A program made the position numbers and the translations under genes. This document shows positions 49,556 through 64,000 of a DNA stretch of 64,000 bases, piece after piece. Source of the stretch: the human T2T-CHM13v2.0 reference genome, Homo sapiens. How positions within the stretch are numbered: position 1 is the stretch's first letter; each line of letters opens with the position of its first letter. Location: NCBI RefSeq assembly GCF_009914755.1, contig NC_060940.1, one strand, 5' to 3'. A model generated the notes under the pieces. That model made no database searches. It was not told the origin of the DNA and worked only from the letters and a program-made list of their open reading frames with translations.

Positions 49556-51632
49556 TTGAGAGCTGAAAAAAAGTTATAGTATCGTCTCATGGAATTTTTT
49601 TATCTATCTAGATATAATAAATACTTATACAATAAAAGCAGGAGAATAGAGAGGCCTGCAGGGCGAAAGAATGTCTACATCACATCTGAAGTCGCAAAAT
49701 AGTCATTCTAGGCAGACTATAAAAAGTTGAGCACTTTTATTGCAACTCCTAAAGTTATCACTGATAGATAAATACAGTTTATTTTTTAAGGAAAGGGAAA
49801 ATAATATAGGTCAGAAATTTGGATCAAAAAGAAGAGCATCAAAGAAGGATTAAATGAAGTACAACGTAAATATGAAAAGTAATATTGATTAAAACACATA
49901 AAAGAATGGAAAAAGATAATACCATATGGACACTAATCAAAAGAAATCTAGAGTGGCTATATTAATATCACACAAAGTAAACTTCAGAGCAAAGAAAATT
50001 GCCAAGTTATAGATGGAGAAAAACCTCAATTCACTAACATAATAATCCTAAATGTTTATGGTTTTGTTTTGTTTATAGTTTTGTTTCTCTGGAGAACCTT
50101 GACTAATACAACACAAATTACTAAGTCTAGTTTCTTCCCAGAATGCAAGGTTGTTTTCATATTAGAATATCAGTGAAATACACAGTACTAACAGTTTAAT
50201 AAAGAAAAAAATATTTTAACAATTGGGGCAGAAAAAAATCAGCTGACAAAATGTCAAGATCAATCAATCATTAAAAACTATTAATTAACTTGGAATAAAA
50301 GGGAACTTCCTCAAACCTAATGAAGTGCATCTATGAAAAACCTACAGCTAGCACCATACTTAATGGCAAAAGATTGAATGTGTTCCCATTAACGAGATGA
50401 AAAAAATTCAAAAATGTCTGCTGTCTACTTCCATCCCTCCTATTCAACATTGTTCTAGAAGTTTTAACCAGTGTAGTAAGACATAAAAAATAAATAAAAG
50501 GCTTTCATATTGGACAGCAAGAGATTAAAGTGGCCTCATTTGTAGACAACATAATTTATCTCTACAGAAAATTTCAAACAGTCTACTAAAAAACTTCTAC
50601 CTATAATAAATGAGTTTAGCAGAGTTTAACTTTAGCAAAAGTATAAGTGCAATATATACACAGTATATACACAACTGCATGTCTATATTCTAGCAACGAA
50701 CAAGTGAAAATTGAAGTTTTTGAAATACCATTTGCTATAGTTTCAAACAGAATAAAATACTAAGCTATAAAACTAACAAAACGTGTACAGGATCTGTATG
50801 TTGAAAACTGTAAAACTGATGAAATAAATCAACAAAGACCTTTTAAAAAAAAGAAAGACATACTGTGTTATGGAAAATAATATTTAACCAAGAAAATGCT
50901 GATTATTCCCATAGATTCAATGCAATTTCATTCAAAATCAAAACAGGAGCTTTTACAGACACTAGCAAATGAATTATAAAATTGGTATGAAAAGGCAAAG
51001 AAATGAGAATAATAATTCAAAAATGTAAAAAAGAATAATGAGGTTGTAGAACACATATTCTTCCATTTTCAGGTGTACTATAATGCTTCAATAATCTTGA
51101 GAGGGTGGTCTTGGTGAAAGGATAGAAATATATATCAAAAGATCAGGATAGAAAGTTGAGAGATAGATCCATCCAAATACATATGGCCATTTTAGACAAG
51201 GGTACAATAGGCAATTCAATGGAAAAATGATAATGACTCTTCAACAAACAGCATTAGACACTGGAGATCTAGAAACTCCTAAAATTGAATTATATTATAA
51301 CAACCAAAACTAATTCATTATAGGTTTGATTGTAATGACAGTTTGTGCCCTGCCAAATAAAACAGCACATTTTAAAAGTATGTATGTTTGTCTTAAAAGT
51401 TAAAAAAAATTTTGCATTGTAAAAAAAAAGTATAAATGTGTGTATATGTGTTTATATTCTTTTTTAGATAAAAGCACCAGAAATTTTATTTGCCCAATTT
51501 TCAAATGGTACTTTAGTCCAAGGGAAATTTTTTGTGATTTTTGACTAATGCAATCAACTATCCAATGAATGCAGGTAATAAAGTGTACCCATGGTCACAT
51601 TGTATAGCTTTTATCTAAATCATCATGATTTA

Positions 51633-51948
51633 GGCTGGGTTCAGTGGCTCAGGCCTGTAATCTCAACACTTTGGGAGTCCGAGGCAAGCAAAATCACCTG
51701 AGGTCAGGAGTTCAAGACCAGTCTGGCCAACTTGGTGAAACCCCATCTCTACAAAAATACAGAAATTAGCCGTGCATGATGGTGGGTGTCTGTAATCCCA
51801 GTTACTCTGGAGGCTGAGGCAGGAGAATCACTTTAACCTGGGAGGTGGAGGTTGCAGTGAGCCGAAATCACACGATTGCACTCCAGCCTGGGCGACAGAG
51901 CGAGACTCTGCCTCAAAAAATAAATAAATAAATAAATAAATAAATAAC
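51633..51948 (+). mobile_element. AluS with an (AAAT)n tail
   Basis: Full Alu sequence. Confidence 0.95.
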
Positions 51949-52820
51949 AATTTAATATTGTCCAAAAGTAAAATATTTTATATATTAGATTCCACAATTT
52001 TTCTTCATTTTTACCATACACTCTTAGAAATACCTGACAGGTATCTCATGCTTTACCTATCAAACTTCTAAATGCTTATATGAGATAATAATACTGAAGG
52101 GGCAACAATGGCAGTGAAGGTAGCTAATTTTCAGTCTTGGCTCTGTCGTTTTCTAGTTAGGTAACTCTGGGTAATCCACTCCTTCTCACTGGGAATTAAC
52201 CACTTAAAAAATAATAGTGCAGAATTCATGGTATTCAAGTTCTCCTCTAGCTCAGAAAATTCCATGCATAATCACTGTCTTGGCACCTATTAAGATCTCC
52301 TTTAAACAATATCCCAGACAGGAGGATTTCTGTGAAGTGTGAGGTGTTTAACATGAAACACTCCAGTAAAAATGTTCCATTTTCAAAGCATTTTTGGAGC
52401 CCCACTGTGAATGAGGCATTTTTGTAGGTACTGGAAAAATGAGAGATGAAAAGGGCATGTTTCCTGGTCTCACTTTAATACAAGACCAGAAGGAAAAAGC
52501 TAAAAAAGAAAAGTTTTAAATCTGATGGGAATAGTTAACAGAGGGAGGAAGAAAGTGTTAAGATTAGGAAAGTCCACCATGACAAGTTTTCTTGCAACCC
52601 AGTGTTTGTATATGTTTTATGAATGTTGCTTTTAATATGTCTGTGTTGGTAAAACTTACGACTTTTTAAACTACTTTTATCTCTAGTACAATTTCCACCA
52701 GAAAAGAATTAAGATACATAAGGCAGGCATTATTAGTCCCATTTAGATTAATGGAAACTGAGACCTGAAGCTCTTACCCATTATCAAGCTTTACTAATAC
52801 TTTTGAAAACATGAATAAGC

Positions 52821-53198
<378 letters not shown>

Positions 53199-55546
53199 CT
53201 ACCTTCCTTCCTTTTTAGGACATCCTTTCTCTGGTTAGAAAAGATGAAGTCCCTGAGATCAGTGACATATTATTGCACACGGGAGGAAATGTTTAGTTAT
53301 GAAGCAACTCCACTTTACAGCTCTATCTAATCTTTTCTGGGAAGCTGTATTTCATAAATCTATAGATTTTGGGACTATTTACTATATGCAACCCTGAACC
53401 ATGGACATCCTATTAAAGACACTCTTAGTTGCACATATGGTAATAATTATGCCCCTGATATATAACTTATTTTATTTCATTCATGCAATAATCATGTGAA
53501 GTAGACTTTGTTTACCCATTTTAATGAGAAAATGCAAGTGCCAGTAACTTAAATGATCTGGCCAGAGTCTGCAGAGTTCAGCCCTCCCCACAGGGCAGGG
53601 CTGGGGTTTGAAGGAGACTTGTCTTCGATTCACATCACAGTTTTGCCGTGACTGCACAGCTGTCTGTGTCTGCTGTGTCCCATCTGCTCTGCTGTGGGAA
53701 CTGAGGAGTGAGTTCTGTAGAACTGGCCCTTGACTGACCAACGACTGTGAGGCCTCAGTACAAAAGGGGTGCATAGAGGTGTTAGAGGAATTGCGGTTCA
53801 CCCTTTCGGAATAATTTGGCATTCTCACGAACATAATGGTTCTGGTAGGCCTAAAAGAGTTAATACACACATTCCCCATCCCCACCCACAATGGGTTTGA
53901 ACACTGAGGAAATCAGCATTAGTGTTTTTTTCCCTTGACATGCTTTATCTAAGTAGGAAGGAAATTCGTTAATAGTCATTGTCTATTAAAGTACAAGACT
54001 GGGGCTACTAGCCTTAATTTTATTTAGTAAGTCTTGACATGAATTTTGGAACCACGAGATATAAGTAATAAAGAAAAGGTCATATGATCTTCCAGAAAAG
54101 AAAAAATCATGCAAGGTTAGGGCTAATTTTGTGATGCCAGTCTTTAACAGTCTCGGAGCTATTCACCGTGTGGAGAACTCTGTGGGACTTATTTTTTCTC
54201 CCTTTGATGTGGACCATTTCATTCTGTGCTCCATTTTCCAACTCAGTGTATTTTATAATGATATCCATCATGACTGTCTGTCAGCTTATGGCAGCTTAAA
54301 AAATTGCCTCAAGGCCAGTAATGAGAAGAAATCTTTCCCACTTCCTGTAGATTGTTTTGTGTGCTTCACAGTTTTCTGCACCAAATAATAAAAAATAACA
54401 TTGCTTTCAAAACTGTTCTTTAGTTTGCCTCTTTTTCTTTTCCTTTTTAATCCTTTATAGTTTATTTTCCTTTGCTTTACTGTGTTTATTCTACTGTGTT
54501 TTGTTCATAATTAACAAGACATAGAAGGCAAGAATATATTCTCCAAATGGAAAGTTTTTTTAAAAGCCTTAATTTAGCTATCCTTTAATCCCACAAAAAG
54601 GAAACTATCTGAAGTTTATAGTAAGAGAGTCCACACTTTAATAACTGTTCTTTGAAACAGAGAAATCAATACTTGCTAGCGATGAGGGTGGACACTTCAT
54701 GAGCTGAGTTCTCATGAACCTGCAAGCTAACTTTAATATGAAAAGAAACCTGTAAGTTTCTCAGTGCAATTATATTAGCACCTGGAAGTGCCGATAAGTC
54801 TTGGAAAGGTCAATTATTTCAGCTGTTATTAGAAAAATGTTGGTGATGGTCAGGGAAAGTAAGAGAATTTTCCATGATGACATGTCTTTTACTCTTTTTT
54901 TTTTTTTTAATTTAAAATCCCCGCCTGACTCTGAAACATCAGGTTGTATAATAATTCAATGCTTGGATTACTATTTAGCAGTGCTTGACATTTCCCAAAA
55001 CATTATCTTCACTGCTATTCTATCATGCGAAAGCCTTAAGCCACCCCATGAAGTCAGTAGGTGGATAATAAATATTTTTCTAAAGAATATTCTTTTTCTA
55101 AGAATTAACTGTAGTTAGGATGCTTCATCAACTATCAATTCTTGATTACTCAACATTTAACAGTGAAAAAGTGGAAAAATCCAGCTTTCATAGCTGAAAA
55201 TGTTGAATATGTAAAATGTATTTTTATTTTCTTTTGACCTCAATCCATGTGGATTTGAAGGAATGAATGAATTAGTAGATGGATGGATAGATGGACAAAC
55301 AGTTGGACAGAAGGTTGAATGGATGGATGTAATAGGTCCGACTGCACTTCTGGGAAGAGCCCAGATTTATACTGAACTGGAAAGCATCCTGATGCATGAG
55401 AACTCCATCCCCAACCTCACACTTTTCTGTTCCTTATTCCTTTTGAGGAATAGCTGGAATCATCTTTCACACTGATGAATTGCACCAGTCTATGTTAAAC
55501 TTTCCCTTTCCTTAAGACCAACACTGATTTGCTTAAATCTTCCTGG

Positions 55547-55850
55547 GTGCCAAGTGCAGTCACTAACGCCTGTAATCCCAGCATTTTGGGAGGCTGAGGC
55601 GGGCGGATCACCTGAGGTCAGGAGTTTGAGACCAGCCTGGCCAACATGGCAAAACCCCATCTCTACTAAAAATACAAAAATTAGCCAGGTGTAGTGGCGT
55701 GCGCCTGTAATCTCAGCTACTCGGGAGGCTGAGGCACAAGAATAGTTTGAACCCAGGAGGCGGAGGTTGTGGTGAGCCAAAATGGTGCCATTGCCCTCCA
55801 GCCTAGGTGACAGAGCCAGGCTCTGACTTAAAAAAAAATAAAAATAAAAA
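55547..55850 (+). mobile_element. AluSx-like
   Basis: Full Alu. TSD aaatcttcctggg/aaatttccctggg. Confidence 0.95.
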
Positions 55851-57027
55851 AAATTTCCCTGGGATCAGGGAAGAAATCTTACAGACTTAAATTTCTTTGA
55901 TTTCCAGATGCCCATTAGACTGTTACTCTTTATACTTAGAAGAATAAAGGAGAGAGAGCAGCTATGAAACTATTAGGGGAAGAATCCATCTTGTAAGGAA
56001 AATTAAACTTTTTTCAAAAAGTATTTGAAAAGGAAGTTAATATAACTGAAAAACTTGAGATGTAGGTCTATTTAGTCACAAAGTGCCATCAAGACCAAGA
56101 TAGTCAGTGTCCTACAGAAAAATCTCAGTAAAAGCCCAGATGGTGGGAGGAGAATGCCCTTCATAAGATATAATGACTTTTTTATGGATTTGGATTAACT
56201 GGGCTCTAGAAAGGTAAAGAGAAGAATCAATGCCTTCCCATAAGGACTTTTCCATGGAAAGCAAGAGAGAATTGAGCCGGAACTCTATGGTATCAACAAT
56301 AAAATAATATAATGCCTAGCATCAACAAAAGCCCAGATACAGGCATACCTCGGTATACTGGTTTGGTTTCAGACCACCACAATAAAGTACCTATCACAAT
56401 AAATGAATTACACAAATTTTTTGGCTTCCCAGTGCATATAAAAAATTATGTTTATACTCTACTACAGTCTATTAAGTCTATGTTTATAGTCTTTTAAAAG
56501 TACATATGTTAATTTTATTATAAAAATACTTTATTTCTTAAAAATGCTAATGATCATCTGAGCTTTCAGTGAGTTTTAATCTTTTTGCTGGTAGAAGGTC
56601 ATGACTTGGTGTTGATGGCTGCTGACTGATCAGGGTGGGGATTTCTGAAGGTTGGGGTGGCCATGGCAATTTCTTAAAATAAGACAACAGTGAAGTTTGC
56701 CACACTGATTGACTCTTCCTTTCGTAGCAGATTTCTCTGCAGTATGTCATGCTATTTGATAGCATTTTTTCTCACAGCGGAACTTCTTTAAAAATTGGAG
56801 TCCATCCTCTCAAACCCTGCCAATGCCTTATCAACTAAGTTTTTGTATTAGTTTAAATCTTTTATTGTCATTTCAACAGTGTTCACAGCATTTTCACCAG
56901 AAGTAGTTTCCATCTCAAGAAATCACTTTCTTTGCTCATCCATAAAAAGCAAGTCCTCATCTATTCAGGTTTTATTATGAGACTCCAGCAATTCGGTCAC
57001 ATCTTCAGGCTCCAATTCTAAAACTAG

Positions 57028-57463
<436 letters not shown>

Positions 57464-57841
57464 ACAAATGTTCTTAATGGCATCTAGAACGGTGAATTAT
57501 TTCCAGAAGGCTTTCAATTGACTTTGAAGTTACAGCCTTACAAAATACATTTCTTAAATAATAAGACTTAAAAATCAAATTACTCCTTCCTTCATGGGCT
57601 GGAGAATGAGTATTGTATTAGCAGGCATTAAAACATTAATCTCCTTGTACATCTCCATCAGAGCTCTTGAATAACTAGGTACGTTATCAATGAGCAGTAG
57701 TATTTCAAAAGAAATCTCTCTTTCTGAGAAGTAGGTCTCAACACTGAGTTTAAAATGTTTAGTGGACAATGCTGTAAACAGATGGGCTGTCATCCAGGCT
57801 TCATTTCATTTATGCAGCACAAATAGAGTTGATTTAACGTA

Positions 57842-58010
57842 TTTTTTTTTTCTTTTAGAGACAGGAAGGTTCTCACTCTGTTACCCAGTCTGGAGTGCCG
57901 TGGCCCAATTACAGCTCATTATAACTTTGAACTGCTGGTCTCAAGCAATTCTCCTGCCTTGGCCTCCCAAAGCGCTGGGATTATAGGCATGAGCCACTGT
58001 GTCCCACCCA
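57842..58010 (-). mobile_element. Monomeric Alu (FAM/FRAM-like) inside Tigger1
   Basis: Single monomer with poly-T. TSD gatttaacgta/gatttagcata. Confidence 0.8.
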
Positions 58011-58405
58011 GATTTAGCATAATTCCCAAGGTCCCAGAATTTTTAGAATGGTAAATGAATATTGGCTTCCATTTAAAGTGACCAACTGCATTAGCCCCAA
58101 ACAAGACAGTCAGGCTTTCCTTTGAAGTTTTGAAGCCAAGCATTGACTTTTCTAAACCTATGAAAGTGGTTTAGAAAAGTGGTTTAGTGGTTCATTTCTA
58201 AATGTCATTCCATTGAAATTAGGGTTTCAACATATGAATTTTGGGGTGACACATTCAGTTGAGATTTGTATGTATATATAACCTTTTATTCTTAAACTTT
58301 TGGGAAAACAGGCTTTCAAAATTTTTAGAAGTAAGTCACCCACCCACTCATATTTTAGTGCTTTTTTGCATTTCTCTCTGTTTCCTCCATTTTCTTTCAT
58401 CTCTG

Positions 58406-58407
<2 letters not shown>

Positions 58408-58438
<31 letters not shown>
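58408..58438. repeat. (CA)n microsatellite
   Basis: Directly visible. Confidence 0.97.
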
Positions 58439-58440
<2 letters not shown>

Positions 58441-59377
58441 TTACTACTCATATCTGTTCTCTTATTCAGTAAGAGGGAAATTTGCTTATCCAAAAGAAAG
58501 TTCTGTGTGTGTGTTTTTAAGTCAGTCGAGTTTATTAAAAGTAATTGTTTAATGAGAAAGCTTTGTCAGCTGGGTGTGGGATTACCTGCAGCACAAACCA
58601 GGCTCGTACGGAGTGCCTCATCAGTCACTGTGATCAGGAAATGTTGATAACAAGCCCAGAACAGGCACCACACACTGTCCACAGCAGCAGGACAAAACAA
58701 GCCCCTCTGCTGGATGCCTTTGCTTACATTGAGAAAAGGAGATCCTAGGCAATTTGTGGCTTTAGAAGACCAAGTACTCATCCAGTAATTTACCTTGCCT
58801 TGGGCTGCTGCCTTATGTTGGATGCAGGTGTCTCTGGTGATGGCCTGTGCAGTCACATTCGAGTGGGTCACAGGGACACTGGCAAGGCCAGGGAAGGGCA
58901 GGGCATATCAACGAGCAAAATTAGCCCATCTAGCTCCCTTGTCCCTCCCTGCCCTACAATCACATTAAACCTGCCTTATTCAATTTATGCCGAAGAGCTT
59001 TAGTTGATTTACAAAGGATTAATAGATGTTACTTGAGGAAATGTCTCCATAGTCTGAATGTTGGGACCATTGGATTATAAAAGATGAAGCACATTATTTT
59101 TCTAAACTTCTCTGGAGTTTCAATGCCCTGAGGCTCCAGGTGTGAGATCTGTGAGCTCTTCTCACACTTGTATAAACAAAGAACGCTTCATCTGTGTCTC
59201 GTCTCATCGGATCAGTGTTTTTGCAATAACATACTTGTGAAACTTTGTTTTAAGGTGGCACCTCCTAAACTTGTTTATATTTTAGATTCTCTCCAGATAA
59301 AAGCAACAAACTCCTTTGGAATAATAGTAATATTAGTAGCTATCACTGAGAATCTACTATATGCTGAACGTACCGTT

Positions 59378-59764
59378 TGCTGTGGACTGAATGTTTGTGT
59401 CCTCCACTTCCAAATTTATGTAGAAACACTAACCTCCAATGTGATGGTATTTATAGGTGGGGTCTTTGGGAGGAAATTAGGGTCAGATGAGTCATAAAGA
59501 TGGGGTGCCCATGATGGGATTACTGCCCTTACAAAAAAAAGAGAGGAGAAGCAAGTATCTTTTTCACTTCGTGCATGCACCATGGAAAGGCCATGTGGAG
59601 ACACAACAAGGAAGAGGACCCTCGCCGAGAACCAAACCATGCTGGCACCCTGATCTCTAATGGCCCATCTAGTCTCTAGAACCATTAAAAAAACCAAACA
59701 AAAAGTTTCTTGTTTAAGCCATCCAATCCATGGTAATTGGTTAAGCAGCCCTAACTGACTTAGA
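59378..59764 (+). mobile_element. MLT1A/MSTD-like LTR inserted in a MIR
   Basis: 'tgctgtggactgaatgtttgtgtcctcc...gcagccctaactgacttaga'. MIR pieces on both flanks. Confidence 0.85.
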
Positions 59765-59944
59765 TGCTATTCTAAGCAGTTTAATTCTCACAATGAAATA
59801 GGTAAGGAACCTGAAACAGAAGCAACATAAGTTATTTGCACAAGATCACGGAACTATTAAGTGGCACCTCCAAGATTCAAAGGCAGGCAGTCTAATGTTA
59901 TATATTTACAGACATGATAGACATTGGGAAGGAAAAACACACAG

Positions 59945-60385
59945 GGCCTTCGGTTGGGTCTCATGGGAGATAAGTGATATGTATATGGGAGGTTTATTGG
60001 AGAATGCTCTTGGTACAAAATGCATGAGAGGCTGAGAAGCAGGAATGAGAGGAGGGAGATAGTGAACAGTTATGCAATCACAGCAGAGGCCTTAGCCAAT
60101 GTGATGGGCAGGACTAGAGCTAGGATGATCTCGTGAAGATGTTCCAAATTCAGAGAAGGAAGCAAGAGTTTATAACCCGTGCTCCTCTACTGACCTATTG
60201 CTGGACATGGGCTTGTCTCTGTGAGTAAGGTATAATCTTGAATGGTATAGCACCGTTTGGCTGAGGGCAAGGCTTGAAGAGGGGCAGCTGGGGAGCCATT
60301 AGCAGCCAATATTCCCAGCAGATGGAAGTAACTCATCTGTTAGTTAAGGGGTCATCTTGGTAGTGCACCACTGCATCACCTGCAT
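59945..60385 (-). mobile_element. LTR16-family (ERVL) LTR
   Basis: 'ggaggtttattggagaatgctcttgg...cagaggccttagccaat'. Confidence 0.6.
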
Positions 60386-60419
60386 ACAGGGACATAAATA
60401 GGGAAATTGTGCCAAATCA

Positions 60420-61990
60420 AAAGGATTAAGGAAAGATGCTCCTCAAGAAATCATGACAAAGATGCTGTCTAAAGGAGGAGAAGGATTTAACCATTCCAGA
60501 AGAGCAATGAGGCTTTCTAAGGAGAGGAAGAAGCACACGCAAATAATCTGTGAAATGATTAACAGGTTGTGTTTGAGGAATTTTAAAAGCCAGGGTGGCT
60601 GAAGCAGAAAGCACAATGAGTGCTTGGTGTGGACGTGGGAGCAGATTATGCGGAGCTTTTGTGAAGAGGTAAGGATGTCACCTTTATTCACAGAACAACA
60701 GGAAACTCTTGAACCATTGTAAGTACAGGAATGACAATGGTAAGATTTATCCTTCAAAAGATTATTCTGACTCAAGGATTGGGACTGAATGAGACATTGA
60801 AGAGGATGTGAGCAAAGAGGTAGAAGGCTATTGCTGCTATCCAGACAAAAGAGATGATGTTTGCTTGAACAAAGCAGTATTGGAGGGGCAGAACAGGTGA
60901 CAGCAGAGATGGAAAGAAGTATGTGTATTCAAGAAATATTTTAAATTAAAACTCAGAGCCCCCAGTGATTGTAGATGAGAGTGCAGGAGAAGGGGGTGTT
61001 GAGGATGACTCAGAAGACCCTAAATTTATGCAATTGGGTAGAAGGACAGGCTTTTTATGAAGATGGGTCAATGTAAAAAGTGAATTTTACTTAATCACTG
61101 AAGATGAAGCATTCCATTGTGGGCAGGTTGATTTACATTCCCAGTGAGATGAATGGGCAATTAGACACATGGATCTGAAGGGCGCAGAAAGCCTAGGTGT
61201 CAGGTATAAACCTGAGTATATTCTATGCAGTTTGTAATTAAAGTTATGTGCCTGAATGAGACCACTGAGAAAGAGTGTGCAAAGTGAGAAGAAAGGGGGT
61301 CCGGGAAATGCCATGAGGAATATTTGGAGACATATATTCCTCCAAATTCGTGCACAAAGAATACAGGGAGAGAAGGGCAAAACAGCAGGAGGCAGCCAAG
61401 GCAAGATGGTATTTCAGGGAGAGAGTGGGCATCAGTGTGAAATACTGCAGAGAAGTCAAGAAGAACAGAACCTAAAATGCCCACTAGATCCTGTGACACT
61501 GGCGATGTTGGTGGCTTCAGTGGAGTGATGAGCACAGAAGACATACTGGGCTAGATTTAGTACTGAGTGGGTGGAGAGAAAGTGGAAACGTCAACTTCGA
61601 CTATGCATTCTAGATGAGTGGACTCAAACAGGGCAAAGCTCTATCAAGACAGTGGAACTGGGAAAGAATATTTCTGTTTTTGTTTCACATGAAAAAATTC
61701 TGAGCACATATAGAAGCTGATGGAAGGACCAACTGAGTAGGAGAAGATGAATGTATAAGCAAAGGCAAGGTAAAGAAGATAAAGTTTCTCAGCCAAGGGA
61801 GAAGATGAAAGGTCCCAGCACAGGTAGAGGCGTTAGTGCTAGATGAGCAAACAGGCGGCTCCTTTATCCTCCCAAGAGAGAAGGAAGACAGAACAAGTAC
61901 AAATTAAAGTAAATGTGAACACTTGGAACCCAGACATATGTGAGCTCCCATCTGATTTTCTCTAAATGGAAGTGAAGGTCAGGTTGACAC
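60420..61990 (-). mobile_element. L2 (long degraded fragment)
   Basis: Antisense L2 motifs ('aagattattctgact', 'ggatctgaagggcgcagaaagcctagg'). Confidence 0.75.
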
Positions 61991-62720
61991 CAGGAATGCT
62001 TATTTAACTCATTTGGATTAGGTTAGAATGAATTGGACTGAATTGGTTTGGATGGGGGAAATTGACCCAAATAAAATAAAAGGTATAAATCAGAACACTA
62101 AAGAAAAAAAAATAGAGAAGCACTCAGAAAAAGAATGAAATGAATTGAACCCAGAAAGTTACAAGAAGAGAGTGATCAACTCTGAATTGTTTTTCCTATA
62201 CCTGTTCAGAGTTTCTTGGTATCACAAGGAACAAACCAAAGAGGGCTGCTGCCTCTAACAGTAAGGCCACACACTAACAGTAAGGCCAAAATCTTAGATC
62301 ATCTTCTCCAACTGTTGCAACTTTGACTAAAAAACTAAATCAGCATTTCTTAAAGTAGCTAGTTTTGAAAGACATAGGATGAATTGTTCTCTAGGGCCTG
62401 TTTAAGAATTTGGAGAAAATATAAGGCAATTTAAAAAGCAATAAGCCATTTTACTCAGCAGTCTGGCCATCTCAAAAGGCATCCTGCTCCAGCTTTCAAC
62501 TCTGTCTCCTGCATCTTTGATTTCCATCACTAAGAAATAACATTGTAACGTTTCTCTCCAAATGAATATGTTACTAGCAGTGTCCATAGTGAGAAAAGAA
62601 CAAATCAGAAAATACATTTCAGCTTCTTTGTATCCTTCCTGATGGTAGATTAGTTTAATTTGCACAACTAAAACAGTTTAACTTTAAGAATTTAACACTT
62701 GAAACTATGCAATGAGTTTA

Positions 62721-63065
<345 letters not shown>

Positions 63066-63749
63066 TTACAAGTAATTTGTATTTTACATTTAACTTGATT
63101 TTTATTATCTGACTATAATAATATTTCTGTTACAATACTCCCCATTTGCAGTTAAATATTGATTCATAACTTTTAATTTGTAATATAGATGTGAATTTAT
63201 AGAAATCAAAAATAATTTCAGATTTCTATAGAAATGTAAAAGTGTATTTAAGATCTTTAGGAATCTGTTTTACTTTCCCATCAAGGGTAAGACCAAACAA
63301 TGTTTAAATAAAATATCTAAGATGTATCTATTAAACATTATAAGTATTTCGGCTAACAGAAAAAAATATAGATTGTAATGTTAAACAAAAACAAACAGGA
63401 TAATGAATTGAACACACAGAAAGACTTGCATCCTTTCTCATTACATTAAAATAAAAGTGAAGATATTTTTAGACATTGAAACACAGGAGCTTAGAGGATG
63501 GAAAAAGGAAGAACAACAACCATATTTCAGAGGCTGGGAAACAGAAAGAGTGTTCATGAACTTGGCATCCTTGAGAAGCTGAATAAGACAGCACTGGGGA
63601 AAATGGAGAAAAATGGAATTTAGACACAGAATGCCCACATTGCCAGAAAATGAACGTGAAAGGATGGGGGTAAAAGTAGGAATATGAGTTGAAACTCTCA
63701 AGAAGGAGATAGATATGCAGATTCTTGCCACATCCTCGCAAAAACACTA

Positions 63750-64000
63750 ACACTTTATATTTCCTGAGAAGAATGGGAAACGATACAAGGAGAGTACAAT
63801 TTAAAATCAAAACACTCATGGTTATCCTTAGAGAGTCGAGAAAACAGTAGAGCCGGGAAACAAGGATGGTATGAAAAAGGAAACACATATGGAAGGTCCC
63901 CGAAAATACTTAGGAAAAACTCAATAGAAAATTTAGAAATTTAGCTGAGGACATCTTTCAGAAATTAGAACACTTCAATGAGGAAATATTGAAAAACATC
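63750..64000 (+). mobile_element. HAL1/L1ME ORF1-like remnant (continues beyond the window)
   Basis: 'aaaactcaatagaaaatttagaaatttagctgaggacatctttcagaaattagaac'. Confidence 0.5.

Overview
Primate (most likely human or great-ape) genomic DNA, AT-rich and dominated by interspersed repeats: Alu, L1, L2, MIR, MaLR/ERV LTRs, Tigger1 and Charlie5/MER3. I see no intact protein-coding gene, RNA gene or CRISPR array. Nearly all entries in the ORF track are repeat-derived or chance ORFs. The main non-repeat signal is a chain of + strand exon-like segments from about 4.6 to 26.1 kb, each with AG/GT borders and compatible splice phases. Joined, they encode a C3HC4-like RING finger followed by a heavily disabled protein-kinase-like domain. 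I do not recognise this gene and interpret it as a candidate unprocessed (possibly unitary) RING-(pseudo)kinase pseudogene. It includes a duplicated 19-nt microexon that appears to come from a template-switch rearrangement. Other notable structures are a small inversion revealed by a split Charlie5/L2 pair, an internally deleted L1 fused to a THE1 stub, a twin-primed L1, a polyadenylated orphan retro-insert, nested Alus and several fold-back hairpins. Repeat subfamily names come from recalled consensus sequences, and boundaries are approximate unless a TSD is given.
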